Shown: one piece after another, positions 13,201 to 26,069 of the stretch
How positions within the stretch are numbered: the first letter of the stretch is position 1
Layout: every line of letters starts with the position of its first letter
Source of the DNA: Psilocybe cubensis
Taxonomy: Eukaryota
Assembly: GCA_017499595.2 (NCBI GenBank)
Contig: CM038998.1
Coordinates: 62,001-126,000, forward strand
Direction: 5' to 3'
Length of the DNA stretch: 64,000 nucleotides
Translations under genes and position numbers: made by a program
Notes under the pieces: model-generated
Databases searched by the model: none
The model's input: only the letters and a program-made list of their open reading frames with translations
What the model was told of the DNA's origin: nothing

Positions 13201-16200
13201 CAGAACGCATGAAAAATACCGCAAGTTGACGTACTTACCAACTCTCCTTTAATATCTTCTAACAGGTCACCTCGCGGGAAGTCGATACATTGCGTCCGAG
13301 CATTCAGACTATGGAATAAAGGTCAGAATGTGCCCAAAGCACTTACCATATTTTGATATACAAGTTGGGTAGATGGCAGTTTGCGGGAAATTGATACATT
13401 GCGTCGGAGCTATAAAATAGCAGATGGACCGCTCGCGGGAAGTCGATACGTTGCGCCAGAGTATTCAGACTATAAAGTAAACGTCAGAAAGTGACCAGAG
13501 CACTCAAAGTCAACTTACTTACCACTCAATGTACAAGTTGGGTAAGTCGGCAGCTCGCGGGAAGTCGATACGTTGCGTCGGAGTACTCAGACTATAAAGT
13601 AAACATCAGAAAGTGACCAGAGCACTCAAAGTCAATGTACTTGCCATATCTCGATGTACAAGTCGAGTAGATGGGCAACTCCCGGGAAATCAATACGTCG
13701 TGTTGGAGTATTCAGTCTTTAAAAGACCCGATGGACCGCTCGCGGGAAGTCGATACATTGCCTCTGAGCATTCTGGGCTGAAAAAAAAGGTCAGAACAAC
13801 TCCCTAACCCTGCAAAGTGATGTGCTTACCAACAAGTCACCCTCAATACGACACCAGCTGTCCACACAAATGCAAAAGTCAGTACAGTGATCAACACCAG
13901 ATGTAAACTACATACCTTTCAGTCACCAAGCCTCTTTGCTCAATGTTCACCGGCCGTCCAAATCTCAAATCGAACCCTGAAATGCATGGTCAGTACCGTG
14001 GAACTCTGATGACAACTGAAAAACTTACCCATGGTGGTGGTTCATAGTCAAAGTGTGATGCGACGGCAGTGTCCATGTTTGGCATGGCCAAACAACGGAT
14101 AGCGGTGGTGGAACATTCGCCCAGCATCAGGGCATAATGCACGGCTGGAATTCAGCAAATGTACTCCCTCTTTATACATTTTTTTGCCAAGGGGTGTCGA
14201 AAGAACTGCGTTGAAATGGAGACATTGCACAAAAACTACGCAAAATACAATGACGTGGCACTTGAGTTCAGACAATTTGAACATCTACGAGGCGCCGACT
14301 GTACTGAAACCCTAAACTCTCTCACATTTCGAGCGGTGCTTGCTAGTTAATCTGACGCTTGCTAGGTTGATATCTACCGCAAGTGCGAGGGAGTACGATA
14401 AGAGATTGGGAAAAAGGCAAATGAGCTGATGCAAAAGATGGTGGGGGTAGAGGTGTAAGAGAGCGACGAACCGGTAGGAGCTGGTTCGACGTATTTGAAG
14501 GGTAATATCTCACACTCGTGTGCTTGATGCTCGCATTTCCGGTAGAATGCTAAAGTCTTGCAACAGGAGGAAAGTAACCTCTTCTTTCGTCGTGTGGCTG
14601 CTTTACCCTGTGTCCAGACTCGTTGTGGGTGGCCGTGGCGGTCTGGTGGAAAGGTAAGAGCTGACGTTGCGTTGTTGCCGAGTATAGATATGTGATTTCT
14701 GATTAAAGTGTTATTTGCGTTGTATGCAAAGATGTGCATTCTCGGTGCTTAACTGATGTTCATAGTCAATGTAAAGTTGAATATCGCACACCGGGCACAG
14801 TGAATCCCAAAGTCATACAGACAGTCCAGGTAACAATTCCACTTCCAATCAGGGGCTACTTTACATTGAAATAGACGTACACTAGGTAAAAGTGTTATTT
14901 GAATGAAGTGGGCATTCCAATCATGACTCCGCACAACGGTACGCGATGAGAACAAAATTTCCGACATACCAACCATTAATCCGGGCACAATCAGCAGTCC
15001 TGCACCACAACCAACGTACTCAGAAGCTCCAAAATCCAGGAAAGACACGGAAACGACGCAGAATGGCTCGCCACGTACGTCGAATCCTCCAAATGCAATG
15101 GGGCCGATGTCGTTTTCCCTCACTTCTTCTGACCTTGTAGGTCGTGTAACGGCACTGTAGCCGATCCGAGCAGGTCTCTGCTAGTGCCCGAGAAGACCCG
15201 TAACGAAAGGAAAAGTTGGAAACAGGCTGGAATTGCAAATTAGGGGAGGGAGAGGATGTGGACATGTACGTGAGTTGGAAATTTTGAAAAATTTGTTGTG
15301 ATTGTTCACGGTACGAGTACCGAATGTTGTACTGCGTAGTCCAACTGTACAGGGGAGTCTGCGAAATGAGTTTAACGTTCAGGTATTTCTTCATTTTTGT
15401 TTGATTTCGTTGAGACTATATTCGGGCGCTTATCAGTTTTTGACACCTTCAACTTTGCTCAGCCGCACTCAACTTTAATGAGGCACCGATTCAGGTACAT
15501 TACATACTTTTTTGCGCCTTTAAAACTCTAATAGTCCTATAGAACTACAGAGACAATGAAAATATGTGATGTACCCGAGTTCACATCTCAGCGTGAACAT
15601 GTCCAATTTTCAACCATTATTTCTGCACCACGCACCGCCAAGTCTTCAAACGGACATCACAGCACCCAATTGTGTACACCGATGCCCTTCAAATGGCCAA
15701 AATGCATCAAACAGCCGCGGTACATACACCACGTCGTTCTTACGAGCCTGTGCTGTATGACATTGAAAACTTCTTGCAGCCGGCTTCTGGGTTCTGTAGC
15801 ACCAAATCAAAGTTATCTTTGGTATCCGAGTAGTCTATAATAAGATATTTAGTGAATGGAAACGTTTGAAACATTGTAAATCAATGAATCAGGGGAGGAG
15901 GAAATCGGCATTGGTTTGAATATTATGTGAGTTCAATTGTGTTGGGATCAGTTCTGAAGATCAAAACAATATTATTACACTCTCGTAGGCTTATCTATCT
16001 GGTAGGTACACTGTCCAATAACGCAATGTGGAGAGCCAGGCTTCCGGGATGTATACTACGTTTAAATGTACTTAATCTGATTTCATTCAATTTGATTTTC
16101 GTAATGACAAATGCATTGACTAATATTATCTACCGTATACACTCTGTATTGATATCTACAGCTACTGAACCTCTAATGGAGGTCCAAACGTCTTGAATTT

Positions 16201-19200
16201 GCATGCCACGTCATTGTATTTTGTATAGTCGTCTCGCAGTTTTACCCCAAAATGAAGCTCTAGTGGCTCTGCATGGGCTTAAAATTGTTTACATTGAGGC
16301 CGGTTGCTTGTGCATTTATCTCAAAATCATGCCTATCGCAAGCTCTGTCTTGCACCTATCCATTCTGCATCTTACTCAATCCGCCGTGAAGTTGCCTGCC
16401 CACGTATTTATAGCTTATGTTCAATGTTTAAATGGTGTTAGACATGATATCATCAAACATAGCAATCTACCAACTACACCAGAACACTGTACTGTGACAT
16501 CCAAATACATTAGTACATACACTCCAACCCTAACCAGCTAAATATTTACTTGTAATTACCAACCCTAACCGGCCTAATCTGTGCTTTTGTGGTATATCGA
16601 GTCCCAACCAACCCTAATGCTAAACCCTAAACCATCCTAATATGTATTTTTGTGGTCACCACCAACCCTAAACTATAAACCCTAACCAACGCTAATATGT
16701 GTTTTGTGATGTAGGTGAGCTCGAGCTGTTGAATAGCGCGCAGTCACTTACCACGTCGTTCTCAGCCACCCGACATTCTCCAAAGGTGAGTCGACACGCC
16801 CAGCGACCTCACCCTATTGTTCTAAACAACCCGCTATAGGTACAGACGCGAACGTAGTTTAGAACCGCGCCGAGGGTATAGGTGAGCATATTTTCCAACT
16901 TGAACCACTTACTGACGCGTGTTGTAGCCTCCTACACATGCGCCGGCTGATGATGGGTCACAACTTGTTGTGGACGGACGGATAAGTAAGCTTAGACTTT
17001 GGCATGGTGAGCAGAGACATACCACATCTCTCTATAACCACCCTGCCATTCTGTGTACGAGTTCTCCTGCTTGCTGACATGCCTAAGCACCGCACAGGTG
17101 AGCCCAAGCTGCTTCATAGCGTTAGGGTTTAAACCGCTGCGCTGAGCTCAAAGAAATTGGTCGAGATGATCTGTAATTCAATGAATTAGCTTGTTTCCAT
17201 TGAGAATTTCATTATACGTACCTTTCTAACGCGATGGGAATAGTATACCATGTAGCAGAATGAAGTGGGTACTCTGACCAGAATTTCACGGTATGAGGAA
17301 CTTAGTTATCATTGCATGAGCTGCCCAATTTTAACTCGAAACAAAACATCGAAATCAACATGAAATGAACAAACTCTGTGCTCAACAAAACATGAAAACA
17401 TATCTATTCAAGATCTACAGACAGACAGGAGTGTAAGATACAGAAGCACGGTGTACATACACTCGGCTAACGCTCGGTTTGCGCTCAAATTGTCTGTTGA
17501 TCCCAAAATTGGACCCTGAAAACAGCACGGTACAACCAAAAAATGGATAGCGTAGTGGGTGTATGTACAGCGGGACCGTGAATCGACTCACTTTTTCTCA
17601 TCTCGCTCCTCCTCCTCTGCCCAGCTCAGAGGGTCTCTCCCCTCTCTCCTCTGCTCTCCAATTTTTTCCTCTTCGCTCCGCGTCCTCTGGCAACCAACAT
17701 CATCATGTGAGCTGGGGGTTTGCCGCAGCGACTGACGACTTTTTTTTGTTTGAATGCCAGGTCATCACCTGTGAAGACCCAAGGTAAGCAAACCAACACA
17801 GACACGTCCAGCGACTCACCTTGACACCCACACAGACCCCTCGACACGACGATGACTTCACCCAAATGCGCCGTGTCGCCGTCGTTGGTGAGTCCTAGTC
17901 ATAAGAAGTGCACACTCACCTCATCCTCACGTGTCTCTTCCAGTCAGCGGCATCTGTGTTGTCTGACACCCATTGGAGGTAAGTAATCGTGCACAGACGT
18001 GTCCAGCTACTCACATTGACAATCCCACGTTGACACATGCAAGCCTCTTTGAAACACACAAGACCCTTCACACGACACCTTGACTATTACCAACCGCGCT
18101 CGTTGGTGAAGATGCGCTGGGGCGCTGTTATTGGTGAGTCCAAGTCACAGTAAACCAAACATGCTGACTGACTCACCTCATCCGACGTGTCTGTTCCTCC
18201 CAGGGTCTTCTTGAATGCCAGGTCATTGTGTTGTATGAGGCCTAGAGGTGAGTAGTCCACGACAGTCGTATCCAACGCACACAAAACCCCTCGAAACAAT
18301 GACCTCGACTATCACTGACCCGTGTTCGCTGTTGAAGATGCACTTCGACGGTGTCATTGGTGAGTGCCAGTCACAATCAAACGGACACGCTCACTGACTC
18401 ACCTCATTCCAACGTGTTTCTTCAAGCCAGTCGTCATATTACTGAACCACAACACCCTTGACGTCTCCACCAGCCAGTCGCTATCGTCTGTTTTTTCAGC
18501 AGGTGAATCTTGAAAATGGTGAGTAGTCATATATCTCTGTCTACATTGGTACTCACAGCTTGCCTAGTTCCATTTCACTCAATGACATCCTCGGGACCCT
18601 CCACACTCATACCCTGTTGTGCTCATCGTCCATACTCCGTGTCATCGTCGAAAACCTGTCGGGGGTAGTCCGAAGCGAGTAGGGAGGGGGGGGGGGGGAG
18701 GCGCAATCTTGTGGTGGACAAGGGGAAGCGGGGTTGAGCAGGATTGGATGGTGGGCTCAGGAACAGACACATCGCGATGAGGTGAGTTAGTGAGCGTGTT
18801 CCGTTTACTGTGACTTGGACTCACCATTAACAGCACCATGGCGCATCTTCGCCAGCAAACGTAGGTCAGCGTTGGCCAAGGTTGTCGTTTGAAGAGTCTT
18901 GTGTGCGTCGAAGGGCTTGGATGTGTCAACACGGGATCTGTGTGTTCAGGTAAGTAAATAGACGTGTCTGTGCTAGACTACTCACCTCTCAGCACATTTT
19001 GCCAGCGAACACGGGTCGGTAATAGTCTAGGTTGTCTTATCGAGGGGTCTTGTGTGTGTTGAGGGGCTTTTATGTGTTGACGTGGCGTTTGTGTGTCAAG
19101 GTGAGCAACAAGACATGTCTGTGCTGGACTACTAACCTCTAGGTGTCAGACAACACGTTTGTGTGGGCCTGTGAAGGGTGGGAACGTGGTGGTGCTGGGT

Positions 19201-20150
19201 GCGAGCGATGGAAGAGGGAAGAGAGTGTGTGGTCGTGGTTTATGTGGTTCCATGAGAGAACGGTGAAGAGAAAATTAGATCACTCACTGGACATTTGAAC
19301 CCATCATCCCCTCCCCAACTGATCCTGCTTCGCTATCCACCAAGCAACCCACACATCTTAAGTGTTTCAAGCTTCTTTTGCCTTCTGTTTGAATTGTTGT
19401 ATTCAAGGTAGAGTTGGGTTGAGATGGCTAAAGGGGAAGTGTGATGTTGGGGAACAGATTTGCTGTATTATTTGTGAACCCTGAAGCGCACGATTGACAC
19501 GAGAGGTTCGGAGTTTGAATGTCCTTGACAACAGCAAGGACAAACAACGCGACTCTTGGGCAGCGAGTATTGGCGGCGGCAGCGGCAGCGACTGCGGCTG
19601 CATGGAGGTGGCGGCGGCAGCAGCGGCCCGGGGGTAGCGGCGCAATGATGCAAAGCGGCGAGCAAAGACGTCGGGCAGGTAGCAAGGGCATGCGTCGGGA
19701 CGGCGAGCGCAGGCGTCGGGGGCAGTGAGACAGGCGGGAGGCCGGCCTCCAGTGGCTGGCGCGTACGAGTGGAGGCCGGCCTCCACTCACACGTACGACG
19801 CGCGTACAAATCGAGGCCGGCCTCAGGTGGCCTCGACACATTTATTTTTAGACAGAGGCCGGCCTCCAGTGCCTGTCAAAGTTATTTTTAGACGGAGGCC
19901 GGCCTCCAGTGACCTCCATCAATTTGGAGGCCGGCCTCCAGTGGCCTCCATCAATTTGGAGGCCGGCCTCGGTAAAATACACATTTAATTATGTAGCACC
20001 TCCGTATGTACAAAATAAAATATTTTGAAAGTGGATTTGGGGGTTTTTGGGGTCCAGAAATCCGAATCTGCCATCAGATTTTAGGAATTCTGAACAGGAG
20101 GCCCAATGCAACCAAGGCCCCCCCTTTGGGGGGGAATAAGCTTAGGAAGT
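13201..20150. repeat. Copy 2 of the long direct repeat
   Basis: Identity to 1-6950 ends at ...GGGGGAATAAGCTTAGG(G)AAGT, after which the two copies diverge. Confidence 0.97.
19738..19970. repeat. Second copy of the GAGGCCGGCCTC palindrome array
   Basis: Matches 6537-6769 at +13201. Confidence 0.9.
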
Positions 20151-20206
20151 AAGGTAGGCGTGTGAACTTCCGAACGGCATGTGATTGTGAAGGGCCGGAT
20201 CTAATT

Positions 20207-20262
20207 TAGTACATGGGAAAAGTTACTTAGTACCTTGGGAAAAGTTCCTTAGTACCGTGGAA
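20207..20262 (+). repeat. Short tandem repeat, ~21-bp unit TTAGTACMTKGGAAAAGTTMC, about 2.5 copies
   Basis: Read directly from the sequence. Confidence 0.75.
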
Positions 20263-20787
20263 ACATTTTTGATGGACCGGATCATGAACTGTCCAATTAA
20301 GATTCACAACAATCAATCAATTGATTATTAGGTAAGGACCCAGGTAAGCTATTTATACTCTAGACATGTGAATATTCCCATGTCGCGGTTACTCGGAGCC
20401 ACGTAACCAAAGTACTCTATATCCATGTGATTCACATCAGAGTCAATAACCCACGATGTCAAAGAACAAAAGTGTTGGATCCACTTTTGACAGGTTACCA
20501 TGTGCCACATTGACCCGTGACACTCTGTACATCAGAGACCTGTCTAACTTGACAATAAACATTGACAGATTTGTGATAGTCGGTAAGATACATGACAGCT
20601 GCGCAGCATTACTTCACGCGCTGTCATCGGATGTCTAGAACATTCCTTCTAAGAATAGCCACTGAAGAGTCTATAAAGACGAAAGGGCTGGTTGTTGGGA
20701 TCCCCCAACAGCCCTCTGGCTTCTTTCCATTTAACTCACAGTTTAAACAAGTCGCTCGCACCTCGCTTCGCTCGGTGCTCGCTCCCA

Positions 20788-20835
20788 CCCTAAACCCTAA
20801 ACCCTAAACCCTAAACCCTAAACCCTAAACCCTAA
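20788..20835 (+). repeat. Interstitial telomere-like tract (CCCTAAA)6 plus CCCTAA
   Basis: Perfect 7-mer repeats; TTTAGGG on the minus strand. Confidence 0.92.
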
Positions 20836-20968
20836 CGCGCTGTCATCGGATGTTCCAGAACATTCCTTCTAAGAATAGCCACTGAAGAGTCTATAAAGAC
20901 GAAAGGGCTGGCTGCTGATAACAATCAACAGCCCTCTGGCTTCTTTCATTTTAACTCACCAGTTTAAA

Positions 20969-21004
20969 CTAGTCGCTCGCACCTCGCTTCGCTCGGTGCT
21001 CGCT
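20969..21004 (-). mobile_element. Helitron-like 3' terminus (hairpin followed by CTAG|T); variant CTTG|T copy at 20748-20783
   Basis: Minus strand reads GCACC-GAGCGAAGCGA-GGTGC (hairpin), then GAGCGA, CTAG, T. The other unit ends CTTG, T. A subterminal hairpin plus CTRR before T is the established Helitron 3' signature. Confidence 0.62.
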
Positions 21005-21008
21005 CCCC

Positions 21009-21050
21009 CCCTAAACCCTAAACCCTAAACCCTAAACCCTAAACCCTAAA
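21009..21050 (+). repeat. Interstitial telomere-like tract (CCCTAAA)6
   Basis: Perfect 7-mer repeats. Confidence 0.92.
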
Positions 21051-24000
21051 AAGCTTGAGGTGGACGGTCAATATCCCACGGTTTCAGCTCGTTCGTCTTC
21101 AGCGCGCATGCACCATCGGGGCCCCTGCGTATCCCTGTGCACTCACCTGTATCAAACCGCCTCGAAAGGAAACGCAGTGTTCATTTTTAACGGCTCTTTG
21201 TTGTCGGGAGAGTGGTGGGCGAATTGTCTTGAATAGCAGAAAGGGTGTTGTAAGGTTGGTGACGAGAAGCCTAAGAACGGCAGCGGGCAGCGTGTAGGTG
21301 CGTCAGAGCCGCGTAATCATGAGCCAGCACTAACTGCATTTTTGTGTCTTATATCACAACAGTCATGTGGCAAGGCGTATTTAACCACGTTCTGGTATTT
21401 CGCTGAATGTTTGAAACTTGCTCGAGGCCTACATACACGTTTAGGCCTGCCGTATTGGAGATCAACGCTGGCATAGCCTGGTTATGCATCGTCATTCTGA
21501 ACAAACGATTGCTTTCAATCTCCGCTTGGTATAAGTTGCGACACAATCTGACAAGGTGCGTTGATCTTCTTCACGTGCAACTGCACCTGCATATCCAACG
21601 CCCATACACCATGCTCAACCCACCACTTTCCCGCTCATGATCAAAACTACCCCCTCCACCTCCCTTAGATTTGGCCATCGTTCCGCGCCGTTTATAATCC
21701 AAAGATTCCCGCAGCGGGCAGTGCGTAATGGGATCTCGATACTCTGTCTGATGCTGTCTTTGATGCCTCTTCGATGGATCTGGGATCGAGTACCGGCGTA
21801 ACTGTGGGATCGAGGGATACGTAGAATATCGATGCCATCTCACCGCTGTCCAGTCGAAGGCCCTATGCAAACTTTTCTCGCTGCAACGGGCTGTAAGAGA
21901 GTGCGTCTAACAATGGTATACAAACTCACCGCCCCCCACCCTCTTCTACAAATTCCGCCTCCGCCAATGCAATTACTGACACGCTTGAGACGCACGGGAA
22001 AGCACCTGACGACGGTGGACAATAAAAGGCATTGTGGAAAGGTAGCCACACTGGTGCTGGAAGGGACGAAGGTGGGGGAGCTGGCCAGAGCTATGCGAGA
22101 TCTGGCTCGCCAGGGCGAAGACCGAGATGTTGAGCAAGAGATCTACAAGATAAAGGGTATACCATCAAATTTGACAATGACGCTGAGCACGTCGACGATT
22201 CCTCAACCTTGCACACCGACAGCTGATCCCGCCCATTCCTTTATCGACCCCTTTAGTTCCTACAGTACCCTTCAAACAACTCGAACACAATATACCACGA
22301 CCGCTCGTCGTCTGCGCCGCTCCCGAACGTGTGGAGTTCAACACACCAACGCTGCCACAATTTACATCCTTCTCTCACCGTGTCTCACGTGTAGGTTCAA
22401 TCGTGCAGTTTAAGACGCAGTCCACAGACTCCCTATTCTCATTTTTCCACTCAGTGCATTAACGCGAATACGAACAATGGCGGCGTATCCCACAATTCAT
22501 ACTCGTTGGCCCCTCGCTCCCATACTCCTCCCTTATATCATCTCCCTTCCGCCTGGCGATCTCACATCACTACCATCCACACTCGTACACCCGTCCCCCC
22601 GCGCTCCTATTGAAAAACGTGCACTGAACTCAACTTTTCTCCACAGCCACAACATCAACGTCAAATTCACCATTCGCTCCCCGTTCATACTCCTCCCAAT
22701 CACGGCTCAAACCATGCCTCGCTCCTCCCTTAGCTTGAGCCAGCACCCTGCGAGCTTCGCGCAGCATGTTTCTATATGCGCGTGAACTCCACTCTCGATG
22801 CAACCGTCAACGGGGGTGACGCAAAGCCTCCCCCAATTCACACTTTGCCTCGCTGTCAAGGATAAAGACATACCTCGTGTAACTGAGACCTTACCTTTCC
22901 ACCACTTCCCTCAATACGACCTCCTCATTCATATTCTCATCTGCCGACACCTCCCAGATCATTATACAAGGTGCGTTGTCACACTCTTTGGTCGAATTGG
23001 CCTTGTGTAGTCGTCGTCCAGCGCGGTTAAACAAAAACGAGAAAAAAACATTATAATCCCTATCCAGCTTCGGATACCGATGCCCAACACAATGGCTTAT
23101 ATGCACATAGACATCGATGTAGAGGCAGTGTACGCGGGTGTCGATAAATTTTAGGATAGGTTCGAGGGGCATGGATATGTAGATGGAGATGTGGTTGCTT
23201 CATCTACGTCGAGAAGAAGAGCGGGGTTGAAGCATGTTTTCGAAAGGCGAAATTTCGAAGAGCACACGTGCGCACAAGCCGCGTGTCGAACGCGCTATGC
23301 TACCTCGGTGTCCTCCCCTTTTTGACCTCCCCTTATTTCGCTTCACCTGCCTTCATAAAATCTACATCTGGTCCCCTATTCCTCCTCGCTCGGTCCGTTT
23401 GTCAATAACGCGCGGTCGTACTTACAGAACTCTAGCCAATCAAATGTATAACATGCAATATTCTCGGTGCTTTCCACTGGAATCTACACATTGCCGTACT
23501 CTTATTCCTCGACCCACCTGACCCGTATGTCCTCGTCTTGTATAACTTTGGCACTGTTTGCATAAAGATTTGATTGATTCTTATCTTAAACCCGCAGCAT
23601 TTAAATGGTCGAGGCTGTTCACATCTCGTTTACACAGAAACATCCTCCTATCGCAATCTCTGCACTACCCCGTACGTCTCTCGTACACATTCGCAACTTC
23701 AGTCCTGTTTCTTCTAACGGCAGTCTGCGTGTGCCAACTATCCGTTATCACTGTCCCATAGCATGCATGGATACAAATGCAAGCAGCCAATTATCACTCT
23801 CTAAATCATATCTCCCGATACCCATCGGTCTGATTGCTGATAGCGGATTGCAGATCGGGTGAACCTAAAGAACATTTATACCCCGCTGCGACTTGTTCGG
23901 GTGAATTGGACGTGAAAAGTCCATAGCGAGGTCGGTCATGCGCCAAAGCACGGGTGGTCAAGGGCCGACGTTGAGGAAGTTTATGATTTTTGGAAGATGG

Positions 24001-24714
24001 GATTTTGAGATGGGGAGAAAGGATACGTAGGAATATTGTCATAACATCCACCGCTCTCACTTACCTTTAAATGTTACGGACCAGCCAGCGCAATAAGATG
24101 TAATTGTTTACTCGCTAATTCTGACACCGTCCCACCCGTAGAAAGCACCCATAACACACCATTCGTGCAATAAAACCGCCACCTTAAATGGAAAAGTTAA
24201 CAACCCCGCTCAGTAAAGCATAGATATACCTGTACATCAAATGTCAAGCAAACGTTACAAGTACAGGTATATTATCGTGAGCATCCCAACACAGGTTGCT
24301 AAATACGGTAATGTATTTATGGTTGTAACCGGTGCAGCGAGCAAACTACTTGAATGGCGACAAGGAAGCCTTCTCTCTGATCACCTCTTTGTGTAGACCT
24401 GAACGGGCAATACCTTTACTCTCCTGTCCAGCCTTTCCAAAATTCCAGAAACAAGCACCTTAGATAATTCGATGACTTCAACAGGTAGAGTTTTAACTGA
24501 GCACGCTGAAGGAATTTCGCACTTCTTACAGACTCCTCCTTTGCAGGCCATTCTGAAGTCAAACGCCTTTTAACCGTACCCGGCATACATGTCAATATAG
24601 GTAATGAACCCAGTTACACATTGATTAAAGTCACGTATACTGGTGGAATTAGCGACGATTCCAACTGCGAATTTTTTATTCAAAGAATTTATGTTTTGAG
24701 CATAGCCGAATCGC

Positions 24715-25935
24715 TTGCCTACGACGTCTGCTGCTGGTCACAGCTATATTGTCATACTAAAATATATTTTAACAGGTCCAGAATCAAATGTTAGCGGAAC
24801 AGATTCCGCTGGATTTACAGCTCTCATACATGCCTCGCGAGATGGTAACCGTTCTACCGTGGAATCCATCCTCGGTTTGCCGGATGTGGATGTAAATGTT
24901 CAAACCAAATACGGAGAGACAGCACTCATATGGGCAGCTTTGAAAGGCCATCTTCACATTGTTAAGCGGCTTTTACTTGTCCCAGGAATCAAGGTTAATA
25001 CACAAAGTAACGTCGGATTCACGGCTCTCATAACCGCCACGCGAGAGGGTCACTATTCTATTGTGGAGGCCATTCTCGGCTTCCCGGAGGTGGATGTCAA
25101 TATCGAAACCCAATACGGTGAAACAGCACTCATATGGGCATCTTTGAAAGGCTACCTTCACATCGTTAAGCGTCTTTTGCTTATCCCAGGGATCGGGATT
25201 AATATACAAAACAACTCTGGATTCACTGCTCTCATATGCGCTTCACTACATGGTTACCTTTCTATTGTGGACGCCATCCTTGGATTTCCTGGAGTAGATG
25301 TGAATTTGCAAAACCACAAGGGCGAGACGGCACTCATGTCGGCAACTACGAAAAACCATCTTCACATCGTTAAGCGGCTCTTACTTGTCCCAGGCATCAA
25401 GGTTAATACACAAGATAACACCGGATTTACGGCTCTTATAATTGCCTCTGGAGGGGGTCTCCAGTCCATTGTGGACGCCATACTCGATTTTCCGGAGGTT
25501 GATGTCGGTATCCAAACCCAATATGGCGAGACCGCACTTTTATGGGCATCTTCTAAAGGCCACCTTGACATTGTCAAACGACTATTGCTTGTGCCAGGAA
25601 TCGAGATCAATACGCAAAACAACTCCGGATTTACAGCTCTCATATCCGCTTCGCGACATGGTCACCTTTCTGTTGTAGACACCATCCTGCGGTTTCCGGG
25701 TGTGGATGTAAATATCGAAAATTATCAAGGCCACACAGCTCTTACATGCGCTTCTTCAAATGGTCATGTTGAAGTTGCTCAGCGACTTTTGTCTATCCCA
25801 GGGATTAATGGTAGAAGTGAGGCTGTCCTACCTGCACCCGATTCCCAGCGTTGGTGGTCTGCTAGTAATCTGCAGCTTGGATTCAGAGGGGGTAAAGGAG
25901 GATTATTCAATGCTATACGTAGGAATAATAAGTAA
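24715..25935 (+). CDS. Ankyrin-repeat protein (10 tandem 34-aa repeats); 5' end uncertain or decayed
   Basis: G[FE]TALI.AS..GH..IV..LL..PG[IV].VN repeats alternate between two types with a 68-aa period. The ORF begins at TTG. A decayed repeat (AGHSEVKRLLTVPGIHVN) lies upstream at ~24545-24600. Confidence 0.9.
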   Translation: MPTTSAAGHSYIVILKYILTGPESNVSGTDSAGFTALIHASRDGNRSTVESILGLPDVDVNVQTKYGETALIWAALKGHLHIVKRLLLVPGIKVNTQSNVGFTALITATREGHYSIVEAILGFPEVDVNIETQYGETALIWASLKGYLHIVKRLLLIPGIGINIQNNSGFTALICASLHGYLSIVDAILGFPGVDVNLQNHKGETALMSATTKNHLHIVKRLLLVPGIKVNTQDNTGFTALIIASGGGLQSIVDAILDFPEVDVGIQTQYGETALLWASSKGHLDIVKRLLLVPGIEINTQNNSGFTALISASRHGHLSVVDTILRFPGVDVNIENYQGHTALTCASSNGHVEVAQRLLSIPGINGRSEAVLPAPDSQRWWSASNLQLGFRGGKGGLFNAIRRNNK

Positions 25936-26069
25936 GGAATGAGCCCGTGTTCGTGTAGCAGCGGTCCATGATACATATGCGTAATATTTCGTAATGATGC
26001 AATCAAACAGAAAAAGAGACAGGTTATCTGGAATGTGAGCGCTCTCAGCAGAGTGGGGAAGCAGTAGCA

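Larger units (their letters stand above)
20616..21050. repeat. Two tandem ~219-bp units (20616-20834, 20835-21050)
   Basis: Both begin ACGCGCTGTCATCGGATGT and end in (CCCTAAA)n. Confidence 0.93.

Noticed and set aside
20788-21050. A true chromosome end
   Set aside because: The tracts are only 6-7 units long and have 20 kb of sequence beyond them, so they are interstitial.
21349-22413. Possible decayed retroelement or RNase H remnant
   Set aside because: Only a vague resemblance (HNQAMPAL); no catalytic motif set could be confirmed by eye.
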